Origin: an uncultured Alphaproteobacteria bacterium
GTDB lineage: Bacteria; Pseudomonadota; Alphaproteobacteria; Rhizobiales; Beijerinckiaceae
Reading direction: 5' to 3'
Length of the DNA stretch: 64,000 bases
Assembly (NCBI GenBank): GCA_963798015.1
Contig: CAWCSA010000025.1
Location: forward strand, 43,971-107,970
How positions within the stretch are numbered: position 1 is the stretch's first letter; each line of letters opens with the position of its first letter. This document shows positions 27,404 to 36,201 of this stretch, piece by piece. The notes under the pieces are model-generated. The model did not search any database and was not told the DNA's origin. It saw only the letters and a list, made by a program, of their open reading frames with translations. The position numbers and the translations under genes were made by a program.

Positions 27404-27952
27404 TTACTGCAGGTTAGTGTGGCGGCGCAGCATCGATTGGTGCGCGTCGGGCATCGCGCCGGCAAGCTCCAGCACGATCGCGTCGAGCAGGATGAGACTC
27501 ATCTCCTCGAACAGGCTGCCGCCGAACTGTGCCGTCGTCTCGACCGGCACGGGGAGGACTGTATCCGCGAGCGTCCCGAGGGTGCTGTTCGGTTGGCGCG
27601 TGACGAGCGCGATCTCGGCACCCTCCGCCTTGGCTATGCGAGCGAAATGGATCGCAACAGGCGTCTCACCCGAACCGGAGACAAGCGCGAGGCCGTCACC
27701 CTTCCGGATCGACGGCGCTGTCGTCTCGCCGACGAAATGCGCGGCTCGGCCCATATGCATGAAGCGCATCGCCGTCATCTCCGCCACCAGCCCCGACCGG
27801 CCCTGGCCCGAGAAGAACCAACGCCGTGACGGCTCGCGGAAGCTGTCGACGAGACGCCCGAAAGCCTCAGCGTCGACCCGCTTGAGGACAGCTGCTATTT
27901 CGAGTCCGACGGCCAGCCACGGCCTGGATGGCGCAACCGATCCTTGATCCAT
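27404..27952 (-). CDS. hxlB: 6-phospho-3-hexuloisomerase (SIS domain)
   Basis: 182 aa. FFSGQGRSGLVAEMTAMRFMHMG ... LVSGSGETP ... Typical PHI/SIS pattern, paired with an HPS-family gene. Confidence 0.75.
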   Translation of the reverse strand: MDQGSVAPSRPWLAVGLEIAAVLKRVDAEAFGRLVDSFREPSRRWFFSGQGRSGLVAEMTAMRFMHMGRAAHFVGETTAPSIRKGDGLALVSGSGETPVAIHFARIAKAEGAEIALVTRQPNSTLGTLADTVLPVPVETTAQFGGSLFEEMSLILLDAIVLELAGAMPDAHQSMLRRHTNLQ

Positions 27953-28554
27953 CTGGCGACCTCTTCGGGGTTGGGAGCGCCGGTGATCGCGCCCCCCACT
28001 ATGACGATTTCCGGCTCGACGACGAGCACCGCCTCGAGCGATAGCGGCCCGAGACCGCCGGCGAGCGCGACTCGGAAGCCGCGCCGATGCATTTCCTCGA
28101 CCGCGTCGATATGCGCCGTGGACCGGTCTCCCGCGATGCGGGCGTCGGTTGGGGAATGGACGCCGACATAGGCGAAGCTCGGCGGGAAAGCAGCGTTCGG
28201 TGATAGGAGCTCGTGCCGGCCCGATTCGATGATCGTGTCGACGACGACAAGGCCAGCGAACCTCGACGCGACCCGGTCGACCGCCGCGTGGGTTGCGCCC
28301 GAGGAGGCTGAGAGAACCGTCATCAGCCGCGCGCCGGCGCCGAAGACCATCTCGGCTTCGAGGTCGCCGCCATCCACGGTCTTGGTGTCGGCGAGCACCG
28401 GCGTGTCAGTGCAGAGCTCTCGGGCGGTGGTGACGGCGCCGATTCCGAAGCGCTTGAGCAGCGGCGTGCCGATCTCGACGATGTCGACGATCCCCCTGAG
28501 GAGGGGAAGGACGGCGAGGTGCTCGGGCTTATCGAGGGCGACTTGCAGCAGCAT
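27895..28554 (-). CDS. hxlA: 3-hexulose-6-phosphate synthase / 3-keto-L-gulonate-6-P decarboxylase family protein
   Basis: From ATG 28554. MLLQVALD ... IVEIGTPLLK ... LADTKTVDGGDLEA ... IVIVGGAITGA is the OMP-decarboxylase-fold HPS/KGPDC pattern. Confidence 0.75.
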   Translation of the reverse strand: MLLQVALDKPEHLAVLPLLRGIVDIVEIGTPLLKRFGIGAVTTARELCTDTPVLADTKTVDGGDLEAEMVFGAGARLMTVLSASSGATHAAVDRVASRFAGLVVVDTIIESGRHELLSPNAAFPPSFAYVGVHSPTDARIAGDRSTAHIDAVEEMHRRGFRVALAGGLGPLSLEAVLVVEPEIVIVGGAITGAPNPEEVARWIKDRLRHPGRGWPSDSK

Positions 28555-28990
28555 GCGGGCGGGGTCTCGGCGACAGCTGGAGGGTTCAGGAGGGCGCAGC
28601 GCCTTGGCGGGCGGCTGACGTTCCAACAGGCTTGCGCGACACTGCGGGCACGATTCAGATACCTCCCCAGCACCGCCGCGGCTCTCTCTCGCGTTTCCCC
28701 GTGCCGTCCCCCATGGCGGCTTCCTAGGTTTCGGCCGCGAACCGCTCTGGGCCGATAGCCGCTGCTTTCCGAACGGTCAACATTCTATTAGGAGTCGTCG
28801 GGGTCTGACTCATATGTGGAACGACCCGACAGGCAAGGTGTTTGTGGAGGTCTGATCCTGCCGGGGCGATGCGGGCATGTGACCACCGGCCCTGATGAGT
28901 TCCGCGATATGCGGTCTCCTGATCACGTTTGCGGGCTCAAGAACCGATTAAGGCAGGCGGCGGGATCGTCAAGGCAAACAAGTATAGGCC

Positions 28991-29400
28991 ATGCCGTCAG
29001 CGATCGTTCACGCCCTGACCAATCCGGTCTTCGAGGCCTCGCAATTCATCGCGACGCGATGGAACAGCGCCGAGGACAAGGCGAGATTCGCCAACGCTTT
29101 GATGAAATTCGTCGCGAACGAATTCCCGCGCCAGAATTCACGAGGACCTTCTACAGGCGCCTGAGCAACACCTTCGGGCATATCGCCCACTACAATCAGG
29201 ATGGATTTTAACAAACCCTACACTGGGCTGCCTCGGGGATCCGACCTACACCTGGTGAGATGTCGAGCGCGCCGTTCAGAAGCATCTTCGCGCTTCGAAT
29301 ACCAATGGATGCTTTTCGGGTACGCGAGGCGGAGGCGATCCGCACCCGCGAACTCGCAATGCTCGCCCGCTTGCAGCCAAGTACGACGTGAGCCGGGAAC
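28991..29400 (+). pseudogene. Frameshifted remnant of a conserved hypothetical gene
   Basis: MPSAIVHALTNPVFEASQFIATRWNSAEDKARFANALMKFVANEFPRQ continues in another frame as FTRTFYRRLSNTFGHIAHYNQDGF. It resumes in a third frame as ...MDAFRVREAEAIRTRELAMLARLQ. Confidence 0.4.
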
Positions 29401-29728
29401 CGGCTCTCCCAGCCGCCAAGCCCGCGATCGCGGCGCCTCTGGGGCGACCCAGCAAGCAGACCTGTTCAACGTCCAGCGAAGGCGAACCAGAGGGCTTCCT
29501 CAAGGCGGCGAGATCGGCACGATGGGGAGCGCGTGCGCCGCTTATGCCTGCGCCTCAAGCCATGGTCGGGTCCGCTTCGGGATCTCTCCGGCGAGCAATG
29601 ACCAGATGTGCTTCCGCTCGCCCCGCGTGGTCTAGTCCGAGCTCTAGCCGGAGCCGCGTCTGACCGCGCCGAGCGCCTACCGGGTGGGCAATACAGTGAG
29701 ATTTGCCGGCAACGCGATCAGACGCCGG

Positions 29729-30006
29729 CTAGCGTGCATGTCCAAGGCCGATGCCCATGATTCCGGTTTCTCGCCAGAGCGCCCCTTCCGTTCGTTTCAT
29801 CGACTTGGCGACCCTCTCGACCGGCAGCGCGCCTTCGAGTGCGCCTTGAGTTCCTTGACGTCATCTTTCGTCCATGGGCTGCGATGGGCTCTCTTCTTTT
29901 TGGCACGAACAATCGTCCAAAGTAGCTTGAACTGCGGTCCTGCGCAAAACAGCAGAGCGCACGTAGTTGCGCGAGGCGCCGGAGTGGACGTACAGGCACC
30001 CGGCAT
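29729..30006 (-). pseudogene. Frameshifted small gene remnant
   Basis: ...KKKRAHRSPWTKDDVKELKAHSKAR in one frame, then PVERVAKSMKRTEGALWRETGIMGIGLGHAR-stop in another. Confidence 0.35.
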
Positions 30007-30492
30007 TCAAGGTTGGACGCCGGACACAGAGGATTTTCGGCGCATTCTTTCGAAACGCAACCCTCAAAAGTCGCGATCCGGTAGAACCGCCCCGATCTCG
30101 ACAGGCGGAAATCTGGCGACCCAAAGAGGATCTCGCGGACTGCTCCCTCGGCTTCGAGGCAGGCGTTGAGCTCGACCCGCTCGACTCCGCCGCTATGAAG
30201 CGGTTAGCGGCGAAACCGCGATCCTCGTCGAGACCGGGGAGAGCTTCCATGAGTTGGCGGCGCGGCGCGAGAGGGACGCGCCGCCCGGGCCTCCGGAAGA
30301 TGAATCCTCTAGGCAAAATGATGGCGGGAAGCACTAGCCTTCGGCCAATTTTGCGGAACATCTTAAGCTGGCGGGTAGAATCGTCCGTCCGCGCCATCAG
30401 ACTGAGGGGTTGTGCGTGAAGGTCCCGACAAGCTGGGGCCGATCCGCATTCCTGAAAGACAGCGCAGAGCCGATTGCAGGCGATGGCCCTCA

Positions 30493-30516
30493 GTTCGAAT
30501 CCCCTCATCTCCACCA
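30493..30516 (+). other. tRNA/tmRNA 3'-end-like fragment (T-loop, T-stem 3' arm, acceptor 3' arm, A, CCA)
   Basis: g-TTCGAAT-CCCCT-CATCTCC-A-CCA has the exact tRNA 3' spacing. There is no matching T-stem 5' arm or acceptor 5' strand upstream. Confidence 0.4.
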
Positions 30517-30635
30517 GGAAGTCCACCCACCCTGGCCTGATTTCCCTCACCACAGAATAGCGGGACCTTCCGCGGCGGCGGCGTCGGTCGATCTGCTGAG
30601 TCTTTCCGACCGCATCGCGTGTGGCGGGCCTACCG

Positions 30636-31415
30636 TCACCAGCAGGTGTATCCTCCGTCGGCGACGACGATCGAGCCGGTCATGAGGCTCGCTGCGTCGG
30701 AAGCGAGGAACAGAACGACGGCCGCGATCTCGTCGACTTCTCCCATGCGCGCCATGGGCGTGAAGTCCATCCAGGTGTCGAACATAGCCTTGTTCTGCTT
30801 CGCGTAGGCCGTCATCGGCGTGTTGATGTAGGTCGGCGCGACCGCGTTGACGCGCACGCCGCGTGGCCCCCATTCCGCGGCGAGCGACTTCGTGAGGTGA
30901 TGAACACCGGCCTTCGAGGCGTTATATTGCGCCTGTGGCTGAGGTTTGTTGACGATATACCCGGACATCGAGCCGATATTCACAATCGACCCTCGCCCCG
31001 CCGCCAGCATCGGGCGCCCGAAAGCGCGACAGCACCAGAACAACCCGTTCAGATTCACGTCGATCACGTTGAGCCAGTGCTCGTCCGTCAGATCCTCGGC
31101 GGCCGTCTCTGAGCGGGCGATGCCAGCGTTGCACACGAGAATGTCGACCCGGCCCTTTTCCTTTAAGACTCTGGTGGCGGCTGCATCCACCGCAGCGGAA
31201 TTCGTCACGTCCATTTCAATGAAGTCGACGCCAATCCCCTTTGCTGCGAGCTTCGTCTTCGCCTCGGCTCCGGGCTCGGGATTGCGGTCGGCGATATAGA
31301 CGTGAGCGCCCGCCTCCGAGAGCGCTTCGACGCACGCGAACCCGATCGCCTGCGCGCCGCCCGTGACGACGGCGACTCGACCGTCCAGCCTGAACCGCTC
31401 AAGATACATCGTCAA
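30636..31415 (-). CDS. SDR-family oxidoreductase
   Basis: 259 aa. VVTGGAQAIG, NAG, YNASKAGV catalytic motif. Confidence 0.9.
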   Translation of the reverse strand: MTMYLERFRLDGRVAVVTGGAQAIGFACVEALSEAGAHVYIADRNPEPGAEAKTKLAAKGIGVDFIEMDVTNSAAVDAAATRVLKEKGRVDILVCNAGIARSETAAEDLTDEHWLNVIDVNLNGLFWCCRAFGRPMLAAGRGSIVNIGSMSGYIVNKPQPQAQYNASKAGVHHLTKSLAAEWGPRGVRVNAVAPTYINTPMTAYAKQNKAMFDTWMDFTPMARMGEVDEIAAVVLFLASDAASLMTGSIVVADGGYTCW

Positions 31416-31458
31416 CTCCCTGGCTCTTCAGCATCCGGACGCTCGGTCCAGACAGCGT

Positions 31459-32463
31459 TCATGTCGCACGGGCGCGCTCCTCTTCCAGAAGGAAGCGCGC
31501 CGTCTCGTCGTCGGTCACGAGTACGTTGAGATATCGAGCTTTGAGCGCGGCGCGCACGACCGCGTGTTTATCGGCGCCGGCCGCCACGCCGATCGAGAAT
31601 TCCCGCTCAGCGCAATAGCGCAGTTCTAGCCCGATCGTTCTCGCGTCGAGCTGTGGATCGACGATGTCGCCGGAAGCGTCGACGTAGCGGCTCAGGATGT
31701 CTCCAACCGCGCCCCTCGCCTTGAGCGCGGCCTGCTCGTCGGTGGTGATGAATCCCGATTGCACCAGGACGGAGTTGGGCACGAGCGCGCCAATGCCGAA
31801 ACAGATGACCGGCGCACGCCGTCCAAGTGCAAGCACGGTCGCGATCGTCGGGTCCTGTTCGAGCGCGATGCGCGTCGCGGCATGGCCTACGATCGCGGGG
31901 ACCGGAAGCAGAGTCGCCGCGCCATTCGCTGAGCGGGCGAAAAGCTCTGCCGTGTTGTTGGTGCGCGTGGAGGGCGAGCGGATGTTCATTGCGCCGTTGA
32001 GCAGCACGACCTCGACGCCTTCGTTCCAGAGCGGCGGCAGTCGGCGCGCGACTGCGCTCATCGTGCGCCCCCAGGATACGCCGATGAGCGCCATGGGACC
32101 GAGAGAGGCGATGAACTGCGCCGCCGCCTGCGCCACGCTGTCGAGCGCCAGCGCTTGGTCGTCGTCCACCTGTTCGCGCACGACGACGGCTTCCCTGAGG
32201 CCGAAGCGCCGCTGCAGGCGGCTTTCGAGATGGGGGCTACGCGCCGTCCTCGGCACGATCTCGATGCGCACGATGCCGCAATCGCGCGCGTCGTTCAAAA
32301 GGCGCCGTGCCTGCCATCGGGTTAGGCCGAGCTCTCTGGCGAGCTCGCCGATCGTCATGTTGAGATCGTAGTAGCGCTTCGCCGCCTGGATCATCAGGAG
32401 CTCACGCTGCTCAATCGACAGGCTGCGGAAATGGACGTCACGATCGAGGCTGTCAGACGGCAC
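31459..32463 (-). CDS. SorC/DeoR-type sugar-binding transcriptional regulator
   Basis: N-terminal HTH (MTIGELARELGLTRWQARRLLNDARDCGIVRIEI) plus a sugar-binding SorC C-terminal domain. Confidence 0.85.
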   Translation of the reverse strand: MPSDSLDRDVHFRSLSIEQRELLMIQAAKRYYDLNMTIGELARELGLTRWQARRLLNDARDCGIVRIEIVPRTARSPHLESRLQRRFGLREAVVVREQVDDDQALALDSVAQAAAQFIASLGPMALIGVSWGRTMSAVARRLPPLWNEGVEVVLLNGAMNIRSPSTRTNNTAELFARSANGAATLLPVPAIVGHAATRIALEQDPTIATVLALGRRAPVICFGIGALVPNSVLVQSGFITTDEQAALKARGAVGDILSRYVDASGDIVDPQLDARTIGLELRYCAEREFSIGVAAGADKHAVVRAALKARYLNVLVTDDETARFLLEEERARAT

Positions 32464-33979
32464 GGCGGGCGCCCTCGAGCTGACGCGCCGCGAGGCGGTG
32501 CATTAACGGTCTCAGGAGTTCGGTCGCTTCCCGATATTCGGACAGCAGCTCTTGATACCGCTCATGCGCGATTGGGTCGGGATCAACGACGACCGAAGGC
32601 TGCGCAACTGCCTTTGCAGCCTCGAAGAGGTCATTCGCTAGGCCGGCGCCGGTCGCGGCGCAGGCTGCGGCCCCCAGGATCGTGAGATTGACCTCGGGCA
32701 GCATCTGCATCGGCAGGCCCATCGCGTCCACGGTCGCCTTCAGCCAGATCGGATTGCGGGCATAACCGCCGGACGAAACCACGCGGCGACACTCGACGCC
32801 CAGCTCCCCCATGCGTTTGAGCACATTGGCGCTCGCCAGCGCGACGCCCTCGACCGCCGCCCTGTAGAGGGCCGCGCGATCATGTCCGAGCGAAAGGCCG
32901 AGAAAGGCGCCGCGCAGCAGCGGGTCGCGATAAGGCGTGCGATTGCCCATGAAATAGTCGAGCGATAGGATTCCCGCGCCCCCTACGGGGAGCGCCGCCG
33001 CCTCCCGGTAAAGGGCGTCGAGCCCCGCATCGTCGAGCCCAAACATATCCCGCGACAGCCACGACAGCAGGGAGCCGGCGGAAACCTGACCGGCCTCAAC
33101 GAGCCAGTGATCGTCGATCAGCGCGTGCGGATAGGGGCCCCAGAAGCCGTCGACCGGCGTTCCTCGGGCGAGCTGAAACAATTGCACCGTAGAGGTGCCC
33201 CCGATCATCAGCAATTCGCCGGGAGCCATCGTGTCCGCGCCGACCATACCGATATGCGCGTCGATCCCGCCTTGGGCGACAACCGGCCGGCTCGACAGTC
33301 CGAGATGTGCCGCCGCTCCGGCCAATAGCCGCTCGATCGGCGCTCCGACCGCGAAAATCGAACGCGGCAACTTGCCTGCAAGATCGGGGACGCCGAACTC
33401 CGCGTAGAGATCATCCGGGAAGCGGCGGGCGACGGAATCGTAGTTCCATTTGCAGGTCGCGTTCATGCGCGAGCCAACCCACAGGCCGGTCAGCATGAAA
33501 TTGATATAATCGATGCATTCGCAGATGACTTCCGCCGAGGCGTAGAGCTCGGGCTCGTTCGCAGCAAACCACATCGCCTTTGGCACAAGCCATTCTGCGG
33601 CGTCGCTTCCGCCGGAATGGGCCATGACCGGATGGCGTGACGCGGCGGTTCTGTCCGCTTCCACCGCGGCGCGGCAGTCCATCCACAGCAGCGCCGGATG
33701 CAACGGCGCGCCGTCGCGCTTGCACACGACGACCGTCGATGCGGTCGTCGCGACGCTGACGCCCGCAATCTCAGGGGAGTCGAGATCGACCAACAGCCGC
33801 CGCGTCGCCCGGCCAAGGGCCTCCCACCAGTCGACCGGCGACTGCTCTGCCCAGCCGGGATGTGGGTGGCGCGTCGGATAGCGTTCCTCGCTCTCGCCAA
33901 GCATCTTGCACAGCTCGAGGTCGAAGACGCCGGCGCGGACGCCGCCTGTCCCGAAATCGAGCCCGAGCAGCCTCGCCAT
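32453..33979 (-). CDS. FGGY-family carbohydrate (pentulose-type) kinase
   Basis: 508 aa. LGLDFGTGGVRAGVFD N-terminus and FGGY C-terminal domain (SSGGYARNPIWLK). Confidence 0.9.
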   Translation of the reverse strand: MARLLGLDFGTGGVRAGVFDLELCKMLGESEERYPTRHPHPGWAEQSPVDWWEALGRATRRLLVDLDSPEIAGVSVATTASTVVVCKRDGAPLHPALLWMDCRAAVEADRTAASRHPVMAHSGGSDAAEWLVPKAMWFAANEPELYASAEVICECIDYINFMLTGLWVGSRMNATCKWNYDSVARRFPDDLYAEFGVPDLAGKLPRSIFAVGAPIERLLAGAAAHLGLSSRPVVAQGGIDAHIGMVGADTMAPGELLMIGGTSTVQLFQLARGTPVDGFWGPYPHALIDDHWLVEAGQVSAGSLLSWLSRDMFGLDDAGLDALYREAAALPVGGAGILSLDYFMGNRTPYRDPLLRGAFLGLSLGHDRAALYRAAVEGVALASANVLKRMGELGVECRRVVSSGGYARNPIWLKATVDAMGLPMQMLPEVNLTILGAAACAATGAGLANDLFEAAKAVAQPSVVVDPDPIAHERYQELLSEYREATELLRPLMHRLAARQLEGARRAV

Positions 33980-33982
33980 GGC

Positions 33983-34996
33983 TCAGGGCCGGAACATGAC
34001 TTTGGAGAAATGCTCGTTGCGGCCTCGGATCGTCTCGAACATGCGTGGCAATTCGGAAAGCGGCAGTTCATGCGTGATCATGAATTCCCACTTCAGCGTG
34101 CCGTCGGCGAGCGCGGCGAGGCTGACCGTCCATTCCTTTCCAGGAAAAGGCGGGCTGAAGGAATTCCATGAGCCATGCAACGAGACCTCCTGGCGCAGGA
34201 GGTGGTGGAAAGTCTTGTTGTCGAGCGCAACGTCGCCGACCGGAATGCCGATGAACACGACATGGCCGCCGGGAGCAGCAAGGCGCGTTGCGAGATTGAT
34301 CGAAGCGGGAACGCCGGCCGCTTCGACGATCAGGTCACATGGCAGATCGGGCGGCGCTTTATGCGCGAGGAATGTGTGGGTCGCGCCGGCTTCGCGCGCC
34401 TCCTCGAGCTTCGTCGAATCGAGATCGACCGCGACGACTTCCGTGCATCCCATGAGCCGCATCCATTGGATGGCGAAAAGGCCAATCGGGCCGCAGCCCA
34501 CGACGGCGCCGCGCTGGCCCATCGTCGGCGGCGCCTTCCAGACGGCATGCAAGGCGATGGAAGCCGGATCCGTCATCGCGATCGCCCTCGGGTCGGCGCC
34601 CGCGGGGGCTTTCAAGAGATTGGCGACCGGCGCCGCGACGAATTCGGCATAGGCGCCGTCCCGCCGGCTGCCGAAATAATCGTAGTTGCGGCAGCGCGAG
34701 AAATTGCCCGTCAGGCATTGATCGCAGACCCGGCACGGCAGCAGCGGCGCGACGCCGACGAGCTCGCCGATCTCGAACCCGCTCACGCCCTCGCCGATAT
34801 CGATGATCCGCCCGGAGAATTCATGGCCGCAGATGATCGGCATCCGATGCGCGCCCTTGGTGAGGAGGCGCGGAATGTCGGAGCCGCAGACGCCGACGGC
34901 CGCCACCCGCAGGAGGGCTTCGCCATGCGTGGCCTTCGGCTTCGGAACGTCCTCGAGCCGGATGTCTCCGGGCTTGTGCATCACGGCGGCTTGCAT
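33983..34996 (-). CDS. Zinc-dependent alcohol/polyol dehydrogenase (sorbitol dehydrogenase-like MDR)
   Basis: From ATG 34996 (MQAAVMHKPGDIRLEDVP). GVCGSDIP, GHEFSG, structural-zinc Cys cluster CRVCDQCLTGNFSRC, GCGPIG. Confidence 0.9.
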   Translation of the reverse strand: MQAAVMHKPGDIRLEDVPKPKATHGEALLRVAAVGVCGSDIPRLLTKGAHRMPIICGHEFSGRIIDIGEGVSGFEIGELVGVAPLLPCRVCDQCLTGNFSRCRNYDYFGSRRDGAYAEFVAAPVANLLKAPAGADPRAIAMTDPASIALHAVWKAPPTMGQRGAVVGCGPIGLFAIQWMRLMGCTEVVAVDLDSTKLEEAREAGATHTFLAHKAPPDLPCDLIVEAAGVPASINLATRLAAPGGHVVFIGIPVGDVALDNKTFHHLLRQEVSLHGSWNSFSPPFPGKEWTVSLAALADGTLKWEFMITHELPLSELPRMFETIRGRNEHFSKVMFRP

Positions 34997-35045
34997 GAAG
35001 GGTCCTTTGCGATCGACTTTACGTCCACGCTTTCGCGCGAAGTTT

Positions 35046-36182
35046 TTATGGCCCTGGAGCGAGGGTCGAGGTGAAAGCGTCGAGAGCGAGGATGGAGTCG
35101 CAAACAGTTGCGACCGAAAGCGGCGCTGCCGAGCGCCATGTCGCCGAGCCCGGCGCGAGCGCGGCCTTGGCGACACGCTCAACGTCGGCGTTGCTCGCCT
35201 TGGCGAGGTTCAAGTCGCGGAGCGTCGTCGGCAGGCCGAGCGAACGGCAGAACAGGGCGGTCGACTCGATCTCCGCGAACGGCCGCCCTTCAAGCATCAA
35301 TAGGCATAGGGTGCCAAACGCAACCTTTTCGCCGTGATAAAAGCCATGCGTCTCCTCGAGCGCCGTGAGGCCGTCGTGGATGCCGTGACCGCCCGACACG
35401 CCGCAATTCTCGAACCCGAGGCCGCTCAGAAGGATGTTCGCTTCAATAATATTCTCGACCGCCTGAGTCAGCGCTCCGCGCTCGACAGCATATTTGGCCG
35501 CGACCGCGTCACGCAGGAGCACGTCGTAGCAGGCTTTCGCCAAGGCTAACCCGGCGGCGGGCGCCGGAAAGCCGGAGGCGATGTAATTGTTCGAGCCGGT
35601 CTCCACGTTGGAGCGCGCTTCGAACCAAGTCGAGAGCGCGTCTCCAACGCCCGCGATCAGAAAACGCGCCGGCGCTTTGGCGATGATCGCGCTATCGACA
35701 ACGACGACATCGGGATTGCGAGGAAGCGAGATCGAATCCTGATAAATGCCGTCGGGCGTGTATCGTACGGCGATCGCGCTGCACGGCGCATCGGTGGACG
35801 CGATGGTCGGGACGACCGCGAGCCGCGCTCCCGTCGCGCAGGCGACGACTTTCGCGGTGTCAATCGTCTTGCCCCCGCCGACACCAACGACAAGTGTCGC
35901 CGATTGCGCCCTCACGACAGCTTCGACACGGGCGATCTCTTCGAAGCAGCACTCGCCGTTGAAGCGCTCGATCGTGTGCGCAACTCCACCATTCGCAAGC
36001 GATCGACGCAGCTCGTCGCCGATCGTATCGAACACGAAGCTGTCGGCCAGCAGGAAAGCCTTCGCGCCCAATGGCCGCAGGTGGTCACTCAGGCGATCGA
36101 TCTCGCCGGCGCGCTGAATGTATTTGCCGGGGCCGCCAAAAGCGCGTCCGAATCCGATGCGGCCCTCTCCTAAAGCGTCCAT
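35046..36182 (-). CDS. gldA: Glycerol dehydrogenase family (iron-type ADH) protein
   Basis: From ATG 36182. VGVGGGKTIDTAKVVA, PTIASTDAPCSA, GDALSTWFEA, HG..HGEKVAFG. Confidence 0.8.
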   Translation of the reverse strand: MDALGEGRIGFGRAFGGPGKYIQRAGEIDRLSDHLRPLGAKAFLLADSFVFDTIGDELRRSLANGGVAHTIERFNGECCFEEIARVEAVVRAQSATLVVGVGGGKTIDTAKVVACATGARLAVVPTIASTDAPCSAIAVRYTPDGIYQDSISLPRNPDVVVVDSAIIAKAPARFLIAGVGDALSTWFEARSNVETGSNNYIASGFPAPAAGLALAKACYDVLLRDAVAAKYAVERGALTQAVENIIEANILLSGLGFENCGVSGGHGIHDGLTALEETHGFYHGEKVAFGTLCLLMLEGRPFAEIESTALFCRSLGLPTTLRDLNLAKASNADVERVAKAALAPGSATWRSAAPLSVATVCDSILALDAFTSTLAPGP

Positions 36183-36201
36183 GGTTGCGTTCCCCGCAGG
36201 A

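Noticed and set aside
26389-27465. 358-aa minus-strand ORF
   Set aside because: Antisense to the PfkB kinase gene, whose own frame carries the family signatures.
27404-28554. Reading the HPS/PHI pair as evidence that the organism is a RuMP-cycle methylotroph
   Set aside because: The pair also occurs in non-methylotrophs for formaldehyde detoxification, and the HPS fold overlaps with KGPDC/SgbH. No methanol or methane oxidation genes are present in this window.
30435-30516. Possible complete tRNA gene (GGGGCC...CTCCACCA, TGC-like triplet in ATTGCAG)
   Set aside because: At 82 nt it is too long. The T-stem 5' arm (tccag) cannot pair with cccct, there is no acceptor 5' strand complementary to CATCTCC, and the anticodon stem is only 3 bp. 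Only the last 24 nt are tRNA-like.
29861-30553. 230-aa minus-strand ORF in the decayed patch
   Set aside because: Its N-terminus (GWVDFLVEMRGFELRAIA) is simply the translation of the tRNA-like fragment. The rest is Arg/Pro-rich and changes to better-looking sequence in other frames, so it is treated as a remnant region and not a CDS.
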